From Tabrizicola sp. (GTDB lineage: Bacteria > Pseudomonadota > Alphaproteobacteria > Rhodobacterales > Rhodobacteraceae), in assembly GCF_034366665.1 (NCBI RefSeq), contig NZ_JAXMMF010000030.1:6016-70015 (forward strand): a DNA stretch of 64,000 bases, given 5' to 3'. Both the position numbers and the translations under genes were made by a program. The notes under the pieces were generated by a model. It saw only the letters and a program-made list of their open reading frames with translations. It ran no database searches and was not told where the DNA came from. Of the stretch, positions 48,708 to 60,174 are shown in pieces (position 1 is the first letter of the stretch; every line of letters begins with the position of its first letter).

Positions 48708-48783
48708 CGCCCTGCCTGCATAGCCTTGCCCGCGCAGGATAAAGCCCGGGCCTTGACCAAAGCCAAGACCGCATCGCCCGGCT

Positions 48784-48799
48784 TTGCAAGCGGTTTCAA
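48784..48799. promoter_or_regulatory. second LacI operator TTGCAAGCGGTTTCAA (autoregulation)
   Basis: 14/16 match to the 44516 palindrome; upstream of lacI. Confidence 0.65.
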
Positions 48800-48913
48800 G
48801 CGCGACGCGGGCAACGATGCATCTGCCGGCAGGCCTGACCGGTGCGAATTTCGGCTCCCACACGCCCGCCTCGGCATGGTAAGGCGGGACCGGGGCTGGG
48901 GGAGCACGCGACG

Positions 48914-50700
48914 ATGAAGGAGGCCAGGCTGAAAACCGTTTTCTGGCTTCTTGCCGCGGGCGCGGTCCTGCTGGTCCTGGGTGTCGAGCGGATGGCCAGC
49001 CGCACTGCCCTGGGCGACGGACAGGTCCGCGCCGAGACGACCTTGCGGCAGACCGTGAATGCGCTGGACAGCCACCTTCGCCGGTTCGAGGCGCTGCCCG
49101 CACTTCTGGCGCAGGACGACGATGTCCGTGCGCTGCTTGCCAGTCCCAACGACCCGCCGCGCATCCAGGCGATGAACCGCTGGCTGGCCGAGACGAACGC
49201 GCTGATCGAAGCCTCGGACCTTTATATGATCGACCTGGCCGGGGACACCCTCGCCGCCTCGAACCACGCGCGGGCGGACAGCTTTATCGGCCAGAACTTC
49301 TCGTATCGCCCCTATTTCACCGCCGCCCGCGACGGCGGCTCGGGCCGGTACTTCGCGCTTGGCACCACCTCGGGCGTGCGCGGCTACTACTTCGCCTCGC
49401 CGGTGCGCGACGGGTCCGGGCGGGTGCAGGGCGTCCTTGCGCTGAAGATCGGCGTCGACGAGATCGAGGCCGGCTGGCGCGCCCGCGACTACCGCATCCT
49501 GGTGACCGACCCCGAGGGCGTCGTCTTCATGTCCACCGACCCCGGCTGGCTGTACCGGGGCTTCCTGCCGCTGACCCCCGACCGGGTGGAGCGTCTGGCA
49601 GCGACGCGGCGCTATGCCGATGCCGACCTGGGCGCGTTGCAGGTCGCCGAGACGACCAGTGGCGGCGTGGCGCTGATGCGGTTGGCTGATGGGGCTGGGC
49701 TGCCGCACGAATACATCCTGGCCGCCACGCCGATGCCGCGGGCGGGCTGGACGGTCCGGGTCCTGTTGGACACCGCCCCGATCCGGGCGCAGGCGCGGCT
49801 GGCGGTCCTCGCCTTTGCCCTTCTGCTGCTGGTGGGTCTTCTGCTGGCCTGGACTCTGGTGCAGCGCCGCGCGCGGCTGGCTGAACGGCTGGCGATTCAG
49901 GCCGCGGCGCAGGCCGACCTTGAACGCCAGGTGGCCGAGCGGACCGCCGACCTGACCCGTGCGAATGACGACCTGCACCGGATGCAGGCCGACCTGGTGC
50001 AGGCGGGCAAGCTGGCGGCCCTGGGGCGGATGTCGGCGGCCCTTAGCCACGAGATCAACCAGCCCCTCGCCGCCGCCCGGAACTATGCAGACAGCGCGGG
50101 CCTTCTCATCGAACGGGGCGACCTTCCCCGTGCGCGCGAAAACATCGGCCTGATCCTTGGCCTTATTGACCGCATGGCCGCCATCGCCCGCCATCTGCGC
50201 AACGTGGCGCGGAAGCCGAACGAACCGCTGAAGACCGTGGACCTTGCCGCAGTGCTTCAGGACGCGCTTGCCATAGCCCGGACCCGCCTGACTGCTGCGG
50301 GGGCCGAGCTGGTGCTGGACCTGCCCGCCGATCTTCCCTTCGTTCAGGGCGGCCCGGTGCGTCTGCAGCAGGTGATCGTCAACGTGCTCTCGAACGCCGC
50401 CGACGCGGTGGAGGGCCTTGCGGACCGCCGGATTCAGGTGACGGGCCGGGCCGACGGGGACGAAGTGACCCTGGCCATCCGCGACCACGGGCCGGGCGTC
50501 GCCCCGGCCATCGCCGACCGGATTTTCGACCCGTTCTTCACGACGAAACAGGTCGGCTCTGGCCTGGGTCTGGGTCTGTCGATCAGCTACAACATCATGA
50601 AGGACTTCGAGGGCGATCTGCGCGTCGCCAATCACCCCGAAGGCGGCGCGGTCTTCACCCTGGTCCTGCGCCGCGCCAGCCACAGGGCCTTGGCCGCCGA

Positions 50701-50704
<4 letters not shown>
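48914..50704 (+). CDS. dctB: DctB-type sensor histidine kinase
   Basis: dCache 'FSYRPYF', 'GTTSGVRGYY', H-box 'SHEINQPL', 'DHGPG', 'FFTTK..G.GLGLGL'. Confidence 0.9.
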
Positions 50705-52044
<1,340 letters not shown>

Positions 52045-52055
52045 TCGCGACCCGA

Positions 52056-52106
52056 TGGGTGGAAATCCACCCAAGGCCCACCGCCGCTTGGGGCCATTTC
52101 CACCCA
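52056..52106. promoter_or_regulatory. tandem DctD-like upstream activating sites
   Basis: TGGGTGGAAATCCACCCA (52056-73) and TGGGGCCATTTCCACCCA (52089-106), 33 bp apart. Confidence 0.65.
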
Positions 52107-52248
52107 ACGCCGGCCCTCCACCCCCCGAAATCACCGGACGCCCTCGCGCTTTCCTTTGCTCCAGGTCCCGATCCGTCGCCCGCTGGCGACAGCCCGGCGC
52201 GGAGGAGGAAGCCGCCCGGGGACACCAAGCCACGTCTGGGAGGACATC

Positions 52249-53226
52249 ATGGCCCTGAACCTGAAACTCGCCGGCCTTGCCGTCGGCGCGGCCCTGGCCG
52301 CATCTACCGCTCTTGCGCAGACCTATCCCGACCGCCAGATCACGATGGTCGTGCCGTTCGCGGCCGGAGGCCCCACCGATACCGTGGGCCGCCTGATCGC
52401 CGAACGCATGTCGGCCGACCTTGGCCAGCAGATCATCGTCGAAAACGTCGGCGGGGCAGGCGGCACGCTGGGGGCTGGCAACGTCGCCTCGGCGGAAGCG
52501 GACGGCTACACCATCCTTTTGCACCATATCGGCATGGCGACCAGCGCCACCCTTTACCGCAGCCTGGCCTACAACCCGACCGAGGCCTTCGAGTACGTCG
52601 GCCTTGTCACCGAAGTCCCGATGACCATCGTCGCCCGCAAGGACCTTGAACCCGCCGACTTCGCCTCGCTTGTCACCTACGTAAAGGAAAACGCCGACAC
52701 GATCACCATGGCCAACGCCGGGATCGGCGCGGCCTCGCATCTGTGCGGGATGCTGTTCATGCAGGCGGTCGAAGCGCCCATCGTGACGGTTCCCTACAAG
52801 GGCACCGGCCCGGCGATGACCGAACTTCTGGGCGGCCAGATCGACATCATGTGCGACCAGACCACCAACACCGCAGAACAGATCAAGGGCGGCACCATCA
52901 AGGCCTACGCAGTGACGACGCCCGCGCGCCTTGACATCTTCCCCGACCTGCCGACCGTCGCCGAAGGCGGCTTCCCCGGCATGGAGGTTTCGGTCTGGCA
53001 CGGGCTTTACGCGCCGAAAGGCACCCCGGCCGAGATCGTCGACCGGCTGAGCGTTTCGCTGCAGTCCGCGCTGGCCGATCCCGAGATCGCGGCGAAACTC
53101 GCGGAACTCGGCACCGCCCCTTCGCCTGCATCTGATGCGACGCCCGAGGCGCTGAAGGCCAAGCTGGAAGCCGAGATCGCCCGCTGGAAGCCGATCATCG
53201 AGACGGCAGGCGTCTACGCCGACTGA
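52249..53226 (+). CDS. tctC: tripartite tricarboxylate transporter substrate-binding protein
   Basis: 'YPDRQITMVVPFAAGGPTD', 'ENVGGAGG', 'DGYT', 'VPYKG' (Bug family). Confidence 0.92.
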   Translation: MALNLKLAGLAVGAALAASTALAQTYPDRQITMVVPFAAGGPTDTVGRLIAERMSADLGQQIIVENVGGAGGTLGAGNVASAEADGYTILLHHIGMATSATLYRSLAYNPTEAFEYVGLVTEVPMTIVARKDLEPADFASLVTYVKENADTITMANAGIGAASHLCGMLFMQAVEAPIVTVPYKGTGPAMTELLGGQIDIMCDQTTNTAEQIKGGTIKAYAVTTPARLDIFPDLPTVAEGGFPGMEVSVWHGLYAPKGTPAEIVDRLSVSLQSALADPEIAAKLAELGTAPSPASDATPEALKAKLEAEIARWKPIIETAGVYAD

Positions 53227-53287
53227 CCTGTCAAAGGGGGCGCCTCCCGCGCCCCCTTCCACCTGGCGACGGGGAGGGCGCCTTCAC

Positions 53288-53752
53288 ATGAAGAACATCA
53301 CCATCGACTGGACCGACGCCTTGGCGGGCCTGATCTTCATCCTGTTCGGACTTCTCTTTGGCGTCCAATCGCTTGGGCTGGAGATCGGGACCGCCTTCCG
53401 GATGGGTCCGGGCTATTTCCCGCTGGTCCTGTCCGGCATCCTGATCCTGCTGGGCCTGGGCATCGTCGCGAAGTCGGTCCATGACCGGGGCAGCGAGGGC
53501 ATCGGCACTCTTGCCTGGCGCGGCGTGTTCTTCATCCTGCCCGCCCCGATCTTTTTCGGCCTGACGGTCCGCGGCCTTGGCTTCGTGCCCGCCATCTTCC
53601 TGACCACGCTGATCGCCGCCCTTGCCTCGTTCAAGATGCGCCTGCACTGGGCGCTGCTGCTGGCTGCTGGTGTCACCGTCTTTGCGACCCTGGTCTTTTC
53701 CTACGGGCTTGGCCTGCCGTTCCGGCGCTTTGGCCCCTGGCTTCCGTTCTGA
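53288..53752 (+). CDS. tctB: tripartite tricarboxylate transporter small subunit
   Basis: 'RMGPGYFP', 'LGFVPA', 'GLGLP'; 4 TM helices. Confidence 0.9.
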   Translation: MKNITIDWTDALAGLIFILFGLLFGVQSLGLEIGTAFRMGPGYFPLVLSGILILLGLGIVAKSVHDRGSEGIGTLAWRGVFFILPAPIFFGLTVRGLGFVPAIFLTTLIAALASFKMRLHWALLLAAGVTVFATLVFSYGLGLPFRRFGPWLPF

Positions 53753-53759
53753 GGCTGAC

Positions 53760-55265
53760 ATGGACCTGATCTCGAACCTCTCGCTTGGCTTCGCCACCGC
53801 CGCCTCGCCGGAAAACCTGTTCTTCTGCCTGATCGGCGTGATCCTTGGCACACTGATCGGCGTCCTGCCGGGGATCGGGGCGACTGCGACCATCGCGATG
53901 CTGCTGCCAATCACCTTCCAGCTGGAGCCCGTCTCCTCTCTCATCATGCTGGCAGGCATCTACTATGGCGCGCAGTATGGCGGGTCCACGACGGCGATCC
54001 TGATCAACATGCCGGGCGAAAGCTCGTCGGCCGTGACCGCCATCGACGGCTATCAGATGGCGCGGAAGGGCAAGGCGGGGACCGCGCTGGCCGTGGCGGC
54101 GCTGGGGTCGTTCTTCGCAGGCACCGTGGCGACGCTGCTTGTCGCCCTCTTCGCCCCACCCCTGACCGCCATCGCGCTGAAATTCGGCGCGGCGGAATAT
54201 TTCAGCCTGATGGTGCTGGGGCTGGTGTCCGCCATCGCGCTGGCGCATGGCTCGATCCTGAAGGCGCTGGCGATGGTGGTCCTGGGCCTGATCCTTGGCC
54301 TGGTCGGCACCGACATCTACACCGGCGCGCCGCGCTTTACCTTCGGAATCACGGAATACGCGGACGGGCTTAGCTTTGTCGCCCTGGCCGTCGGTGTCTT
54401 CGGCATCGCCGAGATCCTGCGCAATCTGGAAGGCGAACAGGATCGCAGCGTCCTTGGGACGAAACTGGGCGGCCTGTTCCCCTCGCGCGAGGATCTTCGG
54501 CGCATGGTGGCACCCATGCTGCGCGGCACGGCCATCGGCTCGATCCTCGGTATCCTGCCGGGGGGCGGGGCGGTCCTGGCCTCTTTCGCGTCCTATACCG
54601 TGGAAAAGCGCCTGTCCGACCATCCCGAGGAATTTGGCCAGGGCGCCATCGCCGGGGTTGCGGGGCCGGAATCCGCCAACAATGCGGGGGCGCAGACCAG
54701 CTTCATTCCGCTTCTGACGCTTGGCATCCCGGCAAACCCGGTGATGGCGCTGATGGTCGGCGCGATGATCATCCAGGGCATCGTGCCCGGACCAAACGTC
54801 GCCTCGGAACAGCCCGAGCTTTTCTGGGGCATCATCGCCAGCATGTGGATCGGCAACCTGATGCTGGTGATCCTGAACCTGCCCCTGATCGGGCTTTGGG
54901 TGAAGCTTCTGAAAGTGCCCTACCACGTCCTTTTTCCCGTCATCATGGCCTTCTGTTCCATCGGGGTCTACTCGGTGAACTCGAACGTCTACGACCTTTA
55001 CGCCGTCGCCTTCTTCGGTCTCATGGGGTATGCGCTGCTCAAGCTGCGGTGTGAACCCGCGCCTTTGCTGCTGGGCTTTGTCCTGGGCCCGATGCTGGAG
55101 GAAAACCTGCGCCGGGCGATGATCCTGGGGCGGGGCGATCCGTCGACCTTCGTGACCCGGCCGATCAGCCTGACGCTCCTCCTTCTGACGGTTGCGGTGC
55201 TGGTGGTGATGCTTATGCCCGCCATACGCAAGAAACGTGCCGAGGTATTCGTCGAGGCTGACTGA
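53760..55265 (+). CDS. tctA: tripartite tricarboxylate transporter large subunit
   Basis: 'GVLPGIG', 'YYGAQYGGS..AIL.N.PG', 'PESANNA', 'LTLGIP'. Confidence 0.94.
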   Translation: MDLISNLSLGFATAASPENLFFCLIGVILGTLIGVLPGIGATATIAMLLPITFQLEPVSSLIMLAGIYYGAQYGGSTTAILINMPGESSSAVTAIDGYQMARKGKAGTALAVAALGSFFAGTVATLLVALFAPPLTAIALKFGAAEYFSLMVLGLVSAIALAHGSILKALAMVVLGLILGLVGTDIYTGAPRFTFGITEYADGLSFVALAVGVFGIAEILRNLEGEQDRSVLGTKLGGLFPSREDLRRMVAPMLRGTAIGSILGILPGGGAVLASFASYTVEKRLSDHPEEFGQGAIAGVAGPESANNAGAQTSFIPLLTLGIPANPVMALMVGAMIIQGIVPGPNVASEQPELFWGIIASMWIGNLMLVILNLPLIGLWVKLLKVPYHVLFPVIMAFCSIGVYSVNSNVYDLYAVAFFGLMGYALLKLRCEPAPLLLGFVLGPMLEENLRRAMILGRGDPSTFVTRPISLTLLLLTVAVLVVMLMPAIRKKRAEVFVEAD

Positions 55266-55421
55266 CCGGACGCTGGGGCCAGTGTCCGCTCGGTCGGCCA
55301 AGGCCACGTCGGTCAAACGCCGCCCCGCCCGAAAATTCACCAGTCTGTGGCCTATTTGCATAGATGTAGTGACCCGACGGCAAATTGGTGCTACGGGAAG
55401 GGGTGTGTAACCGCTTTCCCG

Positions 55422-55447
55422 TTAACATTGCGTTCATCTTCCGTTAA
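55422..55447 (+). promoter_or_regulatory. CtrA-like phased half sites TTAA-N7-TTCA-N7-TTAA
   Basis: Three 11-bp-phased half sites upstream of the RTX-Hint gene. Confidence 0.5.
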
Positions 55448-55511
55448 TCTCGCGCCTTAGCCTCCTGCGGACCTGAAGGTTCGCCAGTGTGGTGGCAGGA
55501 CCGGAGCGTGC

Positions 55512-57887
55512 ATGGCGACGATCTACGGCGGTCCGGGCAACAACAGCCTGGTCGGTGACAACGACACGAACTTCAACGACATCATCTATGGTGGCGGCGG
55601 CTCTGACACGCTGCGCGGTCTTTCCGCCAACGACATTCTTTACGGAGGGTCCGGTTCCGACCTGATCGATGGCGGGCCTGGCAATGACACGCTTTTCGGC
55701 GGGTCCGGCGACGACAACCTGATCGGCGGCGACGGGTTCGACTTTGCCAGCTATCTGGGCTTTGGCTCCTCGGTCACCGTGAACCTTGGAACCAGCTCGG
55801 CGACGGGCGATGGCAGCGATGTCCTGTCGGGGATCGAGGGCGTCATCGGCGGCACCAATGCCGACACGATTACCGGCGACAGCCTTGGCAACAACCTGCA
55901 GGGCGAAGGTGGCAGTGACCTGATTTCGGGCGCGGGGGGCCTGGATAGCCTTTACGGCGGGGCGGGGCTGGATATCCTTTATGGCGGGGCTGACGCCGAC
56001 ATCCTGTTCGGCGGCATCGAAGCCGACATCCTTGCCGGGAACGACGGCATCGACACCCTCTATGGCGAAGCCGGTCTGGACCGGCTTTACGGCGGCAACG
56101 ATGCCGACCAGCTTTTCGGCGGCGGAGACGGCGATCTTCTCTGGGGCGACGCCGGAACCGACAGCCTCTTCGGCGAGGCCGGCATCGACACGCTGTACGG
56201 GGGCAACGATGCCGACACGCTTTACGGCGGCAGTGACGGCGACCTGATCTACGGCAACGACGGCCTTGACGCCCTTTATGGCGAGGCAGGCTCTGATACG
56301 CTTTACGGCGATGCCGGGGACGACCTTCTTGACGGCGGGACCGAGGCGGACACCCTCTTTGGTGGGACCGGGCTGGACACCCTTTATGGCGGTGCCGGTG
56401 TCGATTCCCTGCGCGGGGGGGACAACGACGACCTGATCTACGGTGGCGCCGAGGGCGACAACCTGTTCGGCGACGGTGGCCGCGACACGCTTTATGGCGG
56501 GGCTGGCGTCGATACGCTGGACGGTGGCGACGGCAATGATTTCCTGCTGGGCGATGAGGGTGGCGACAGCCTGATCGGCAGCTTCGGTGACGACACGCTG
56601 CGTGGCGGGGACGGAGCCGACACGCTGGTCGGCGGCACTGGCAATGACGTTATTGACTACAGCGATTCCAACGCGGCTGTGTCCATCAATCTGGCCACCG
56701 GAAGCTTCAGCGGCGGCTTTGCGACCGGAGACACCGGCTCTGGCGTCGATGGCATCATCGGGACGGCGTTCAACGACACGCTGATCGGCTTCGATGGCGC
56801 CAGTGCGGATACCCTGGATGCCTACACCAACGTCTTCTACGGCGGTCTGGGCAACGACAGCATCTCGGGCCTTGGCGGCGGCGACAGCCTGTTCGGCGGG
56901 GCGGACAACGACACGATCTCCGGAGACGGTGGCAACGACACGGTCGACGGCGGCGCAGGACGGGACCGGCTGTCGGGCGGCGAGGGCGACGACAGCATCT
57001 CTGGCGGGGCCGGACAGGACATCATCTATGGCGGGGCCGGCACCGACCGGCTGTTCGGCGGTGACGACGAGGACCAGTTCTTCTTCGCTTTCTCGGATGT
57101 CGTGGGGGCCGAGACCGTCGACGGCGGTCTGGGCGGCTCGGACAACGACAGCCAGACGATCGACATCACCGGCTTCGGATGGGCTCGGTTGGACATCGCC
57201 TACGACCCGCTGAACGCCGAAAACGGGATCATCACCTTCTTCGCGCCCGACGGGATCACGGTTCTGGGCACCTTGTCCTTCTCGGACATCGAAAACCTGG
57301 TCATCGTCTGCTTCACCTCCGGCACGCAGATCCTGACCGACCGGGGCGAGGTGCGGGTCGAGGCTCTGCAGCCTGGCGATCTGGTCCAGACCCGGGATCA
57401 CGGTCTGCAACCCCTGCGCTGGATCGGGCAGCGTCACCTGTCACGGCAGGACCTGTTGGCCCGACCCGCCCTGCAACCGATCCGCATCGCCACGGGCGCG
57501 CTGTTCGGCACCGGTCCGGACCAGCCCCTCCTGGTCTCGCCCCAGCACCGCGTTCTGATCGAAGGCGCCACGGCGGAGCTTTACTTCGCCGAGGACGAGG
57601 TTCTGGTTCCCGCCAAGCATCTTCTGGGCCTGCCCGGGGTGACGCGCGACTGCCCCGAGGCGGGTGTGACCTATGTCCACCTCCTTTTTGACCGGCACGA
57701 GCTTCTTCTATCCAACGGCTCCTGGACCGAAAGCTTCCAGCCAGCAGAACGGACGGTCGGGGCACTGGATCACGCGGCGCGGGCCGAAGTGCTGGAACTG
57801 TTCCCCGAGCTTGCCAGTCAGACGGCCTTCCCAAGTGCGCGCATCTCGCTCAAGGCGCATGAAGCGCGGGTGCTGGTCGCGGGCTGA
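55512..57887 (+). CDS. RTX calcium-binding repeat protein with C-terminal Hint (BIL type B / Hint_2) domain
   Basis: Dozens of GGxGxDxLx nonapeptides; 'VCFTSGT.I.T..G...VE.L..GD.V.T.DHG', 'VSPQHR', 'YVHLLFDRHE...NG.WTESF'. Confidence 0.9.
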   Translation: MATIYGGPGNNSLVGDNDTNFNDIIYGGGGSDTLRGLSANDILYGGSGSDLIDGGPGNDTLFGGSGDDNLIGGDGFDFASYLGFGSSVTVNLGTSSATGDGSDVLSGIEGVIGGTNADTITGDSLGNNLQGEGGSDLISGAGGLDSLYGGAGLDILYGGADADILFGGIEADILAGNDGIDTLYGEAGLDRLYGGNDADQLFGGGDGDLLWGDAGTDSLFGEAGIDTLYGGNDADTLYGGSDGDLIYGNDGLDALYGEAGSDTLYGDAGDDLLDGGTEADTLFGGTGLDTLYGGAGVDSLRGGDNDDLIYGGAEGDNLFGDGGRDTLYGGAGVDTLDGGDGNDFLLGDEGGDSLIGSFGDDTLRGGDGADTLVGGTGNDVIDYSDSNAAVSINLATGSFSGGFATGDTGSGVDGIIGTAFNDTLIGFDGASADTLDAYTNVFYGGLGNDSISGLGGGDSLFGGADNDTISGDGGNDTVDGGAGRDRLSGGEGDDSISGGAGQDIIYGGAGTDRLFGGDDEDQFFFAFSDVVGAETVDGGLGGSDNDSQTIDITGFGWARLDIAYDPLNAENGIITFFAPDGITVLGTLSFSDIENLVIVCFTSGTQILTDRGEVRVEALQPGDLVQTRDHGLQPLRWIGQRHLSRQDLLARPALQPIRIATGALFGTGPDQPLLVSPQHRVLIEGATAELYFAEDEVLVPAKHLLGLPGVTRDCPEAGVTYVHLLFDRHELLLSNGSWTESFQPAERTVGALDHAARAEVLELFPELASQTAFPSARISLKAHEARVLVAG

Positions 57888-57902
57888 CCCCGGCACCTTG
57901 GC

Positions 57903-59267
57903 TTAGACCAACCCCGCCAGATGCAGCGCCAGGCCCAGCCCCGCTGCGCCCGCCAGCACTGTCGCCATGCCCAGCTTCAGCCGGAACACTGCCAGGATGG
58001 CCAGCGCGGACAGGCCCGCCGCCACCCAGTTGATCGACCCCGGCATCGGCAGTTCCATCGTCAGCGGGCCAAAGCTGACCTGGGCGACCTCGCGCCAGAT
58101 CACGTGGACCGCGAACCACAGGGCCAGGTTCAGGATCACGCCCACCACCGCGGCGGTGACCGCAGACAGGGCCGCGGACAGGGCCATGTTGCGCCGCAGC
58201 CCCTCCATGTAGGGGGCGCCAAGGAAGATCCAGGCAAAGCAGGGCGCGAAGGTCACCCAGGTCGTCAGCAACCCGCCCAGCGTCCCGGCCAGGTAGGGCT
58301 GCGCCCAGCCCGCCTCGCGCAAGGCCCCCATGAAGCCGACGAACTGCAGCACCATGATCAGCGGCCCCGGAGTCGTCTCGGCCATGCCAAGGCCGTCCAG
58401 CATCTCGCCCGGTTCCAGCCAGCCATAGGTCCCGACAGCCGCCTGCGCGACCCAGGCCAGGACCGCGTAGGCCCCGCCAAAGGTCAGGACGGCAAGCTTG
58501 GAGAAATAGGTGGCGATGTCGGCAAAGACGCTGCCGGGGGCAAGGATCAGAATGACCGCGACCGGCAAAAACCACAGGGCAAGCGCCGCAAGCCCTGCGC
58601 GCAAGGCATCACGGCGGGCAAAGGCGGGCAAGGCCGCCTCTTCGCCCAAGAGGGTTTCGGCATCGTGGACATGGGCTGTGCCAAGGGCAGAGTGCCCGCC
58701 TCCGGCCCGGAAGGCGGCCAGACCGGCCTTCGCCCCCGCCCAGCCGACAAGTGCCGCAACCGCGATGATCAGGGGAAAAGGCACCTGCAGTGCAAAGATC
58801 GCCAGGAACGAGGCCGCGGCGATGCCCCGCATCACCCCATTGCGCAGCGCGCGCTTGCCGACCCGCACCACCGCCTGCAGCACGATGGCCAGGACGGCGG
58901 CCTTCAGCCCGAAGAACAGCGCCGAGACGACACCGACCTGCCCATAGGCGGCGTAGATCCACGACAATCCCATGATCGCCACGACACCCGGCAGGATGAA
59001 CAAAAGGCCCGCCACCAGCGCGCCCTTTACCCCATGCATCAGCCAGCCGATGTAGGTCGCCAGTTGCTGCGCCTCGGGGCCGGGCAGAAGCATGCAGAAG
59101 TTCAGCGCATGCAGGAACCGCCCGTCGCCCAGCCAGCGTTTCTCTTCGACCAGGACGCGGTGCATCACCGCGATCTGGCCGGCCGGTCCGCCAAAGGACA
59201 GGGCCGCGATCCTGGCCCAGACGCGGGTCGCCTCGGCCAAGGTCGGATGGTCGGGTCGTGCCGTCAT
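57903..59267 (-). CDS. chrA: chromate efflux transporter (long-chain CHR)
   Basis: 'SFGGPAGQIAVM', 'LPGPEAQQLA', 'TFGGAYAVL', 'ETTPGPLI'. Confidence 0.95.
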   Translation of the reverse strand: MTARPDHPTLAEATRVWARIAALSFGGPAGQIAVMHRVLVEEKRWLGDGRFLHALNFCMLLPGPEAQQLATYIGWLMHGVKGALVAGLLFILPGVVAIMGLSWIYAAYGQVGVVSALFFGLKAAVLAIVLQAVVRVGKRALRNGVMRGIAAASFLAIFALQVPFPLIIAVAALVGWAGAKAGLAAFRAGGGHSALGTAHVHDAETLLGEEAALPAFARRDALRAGLAALALWFLPVAVILILAPGSVFADIATYFSKLAVLTFGGAYAVLAWVAQAAVGTYGWLEPGEMLDGLGMAETTPGPLIMVLQFVGFMGALREAGWAQPYLAGTLGGLLTTWVTFAPCFAWIFLGAPYMEGLRRNMALSAALSAVTAAVVGVILNLALWFAVHVIWREVAQVSFGPLTMELPMPGSINWVAAGLSALAILAVFRLKLGMATVLAGAAGLGLALHLAGLV

Positions 59268-60091
59268 TTCGTTTTCCCGCCCTTCGGCCAATCATGGGTT
59301 TCGTCGGTTGCATCGCGCGCCCAGCGGAAGAAGGCATCGTAAAGGAGCAGGCCCGCGTCAAGCTGCGCCTGATCATCGCTGTACATCCGCGACAGGCCCA
59401 GCGAGGCCGCCAGCAACCCCGCACATTCCGGCGCAAGCTCTGGCCGCGCCGTGTCGGCCCCCCGGACGATGGTCGCCAGCCGGTCCAGCGCGGGCAGGCG
59501 CAGCCCGAATTCGGCAATCAGCGTATCGAAGGTGCACAGATCGCCCCGGTGACTGTAGACCGTGTCCTCGATGTCGAAGGCTGTGGCGCCCATCACCTGG
59601 GCCACGGCAGGAACCTCGGGCGGAGCGACGAACAGGAAGACCGCCCGCGGATCGATGAAGCGCCGGATCAGCCAGGGGCAGGCGATACGGTCGATCTTCG
59701 GCCGCGACCGGGTGACCCACAGACTGCGTCCCGCCGCATCGCTGCTGCCCAGCCTGGTTGTGTCGATGGTCGGCAGGTCTGCCGCCACCCAGGCCTCTTG
59801 CCCGCCCTCCAGATACTCGGCCGCGATCCCTTCGGCCCGCAGAGCGGCGGCCAACCCCTGACTGCGCGCGTGGCCTGCGACGCAGACGACGACGACCGAC
59901 TGGCCCCGCAGCTCTGGCAGCAGGGCATGGGCGCCGGGCAAGTCCGCCTCGGTCAGCAGCCGTGCCCCCGGAAGGGCGCGTGGGTCGTCTGTGCGCAGCG
60001 CTGCGCGCCGGACGTCCAGGATGACCGGGGCCCGGGGCGTGCCGATCAGCTTTGCAAGCTTGTCACAGGAAATGGCATCAGGTGCAGGCAT
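59264..60091 (-). CDS. chrB: chromate resistance protein ChrB (rhodanese-like + ChrB domain)
   Basis: 'WVTRSRPKIDRIACPWLIRRFIDP', 'SHRGDLCTFD', 'IVRGAD', 'LYDA'. Confidence 0.92.
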   Translation of the reverse strand: MPAPDAISCDKLAKLIGTPRAPVILDVRRAALRTDDPRALPGARLLTEADLPGAHALLPELRGQSVVVVCVAGHARSQGLAAALRAEGIAAEYLEGGQEAWVAADLPTIDTTRLGSSDAAGRSLWVTRSRPKIDRIACPWLIRRFIDPRAVFLFVAPPEVPAVAQVMGATAFDIEDTVYSHRGDLCTFDTLIAEFGLRLPALDRLATIVRGADTARPELAPECAGLLAASLGLSRMYSDDQAQLDAGLLLYDAFFRWARDATDETHDWPKGGKTK

Positions 60092-60126
60092 CTGCAGTCC
60101 TTAGGTTGGGTGTGCTTCATATTTGT

Positions 60127-60174
60127 GAAACGCGACCTTCGGCTGACGCCTCGTGGGGAGCGCGCGATCCCCAT
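60127..60174 (-). ncRNA. putative chrB-type cis-regulatory leader RNA
   Basis: Two hairpins on the minus strand (UGGGGA-N8-UCCCCA; GAGGCG...CGUUUC) between a TTGACA element (60204-60209) and the chrB start. Confidence 0.5.

Noticed and set aside
55900-57080. Repetitive DNA suggesting an array
   Set aside because: Explained by in-frame RTX nonapeptide codons.
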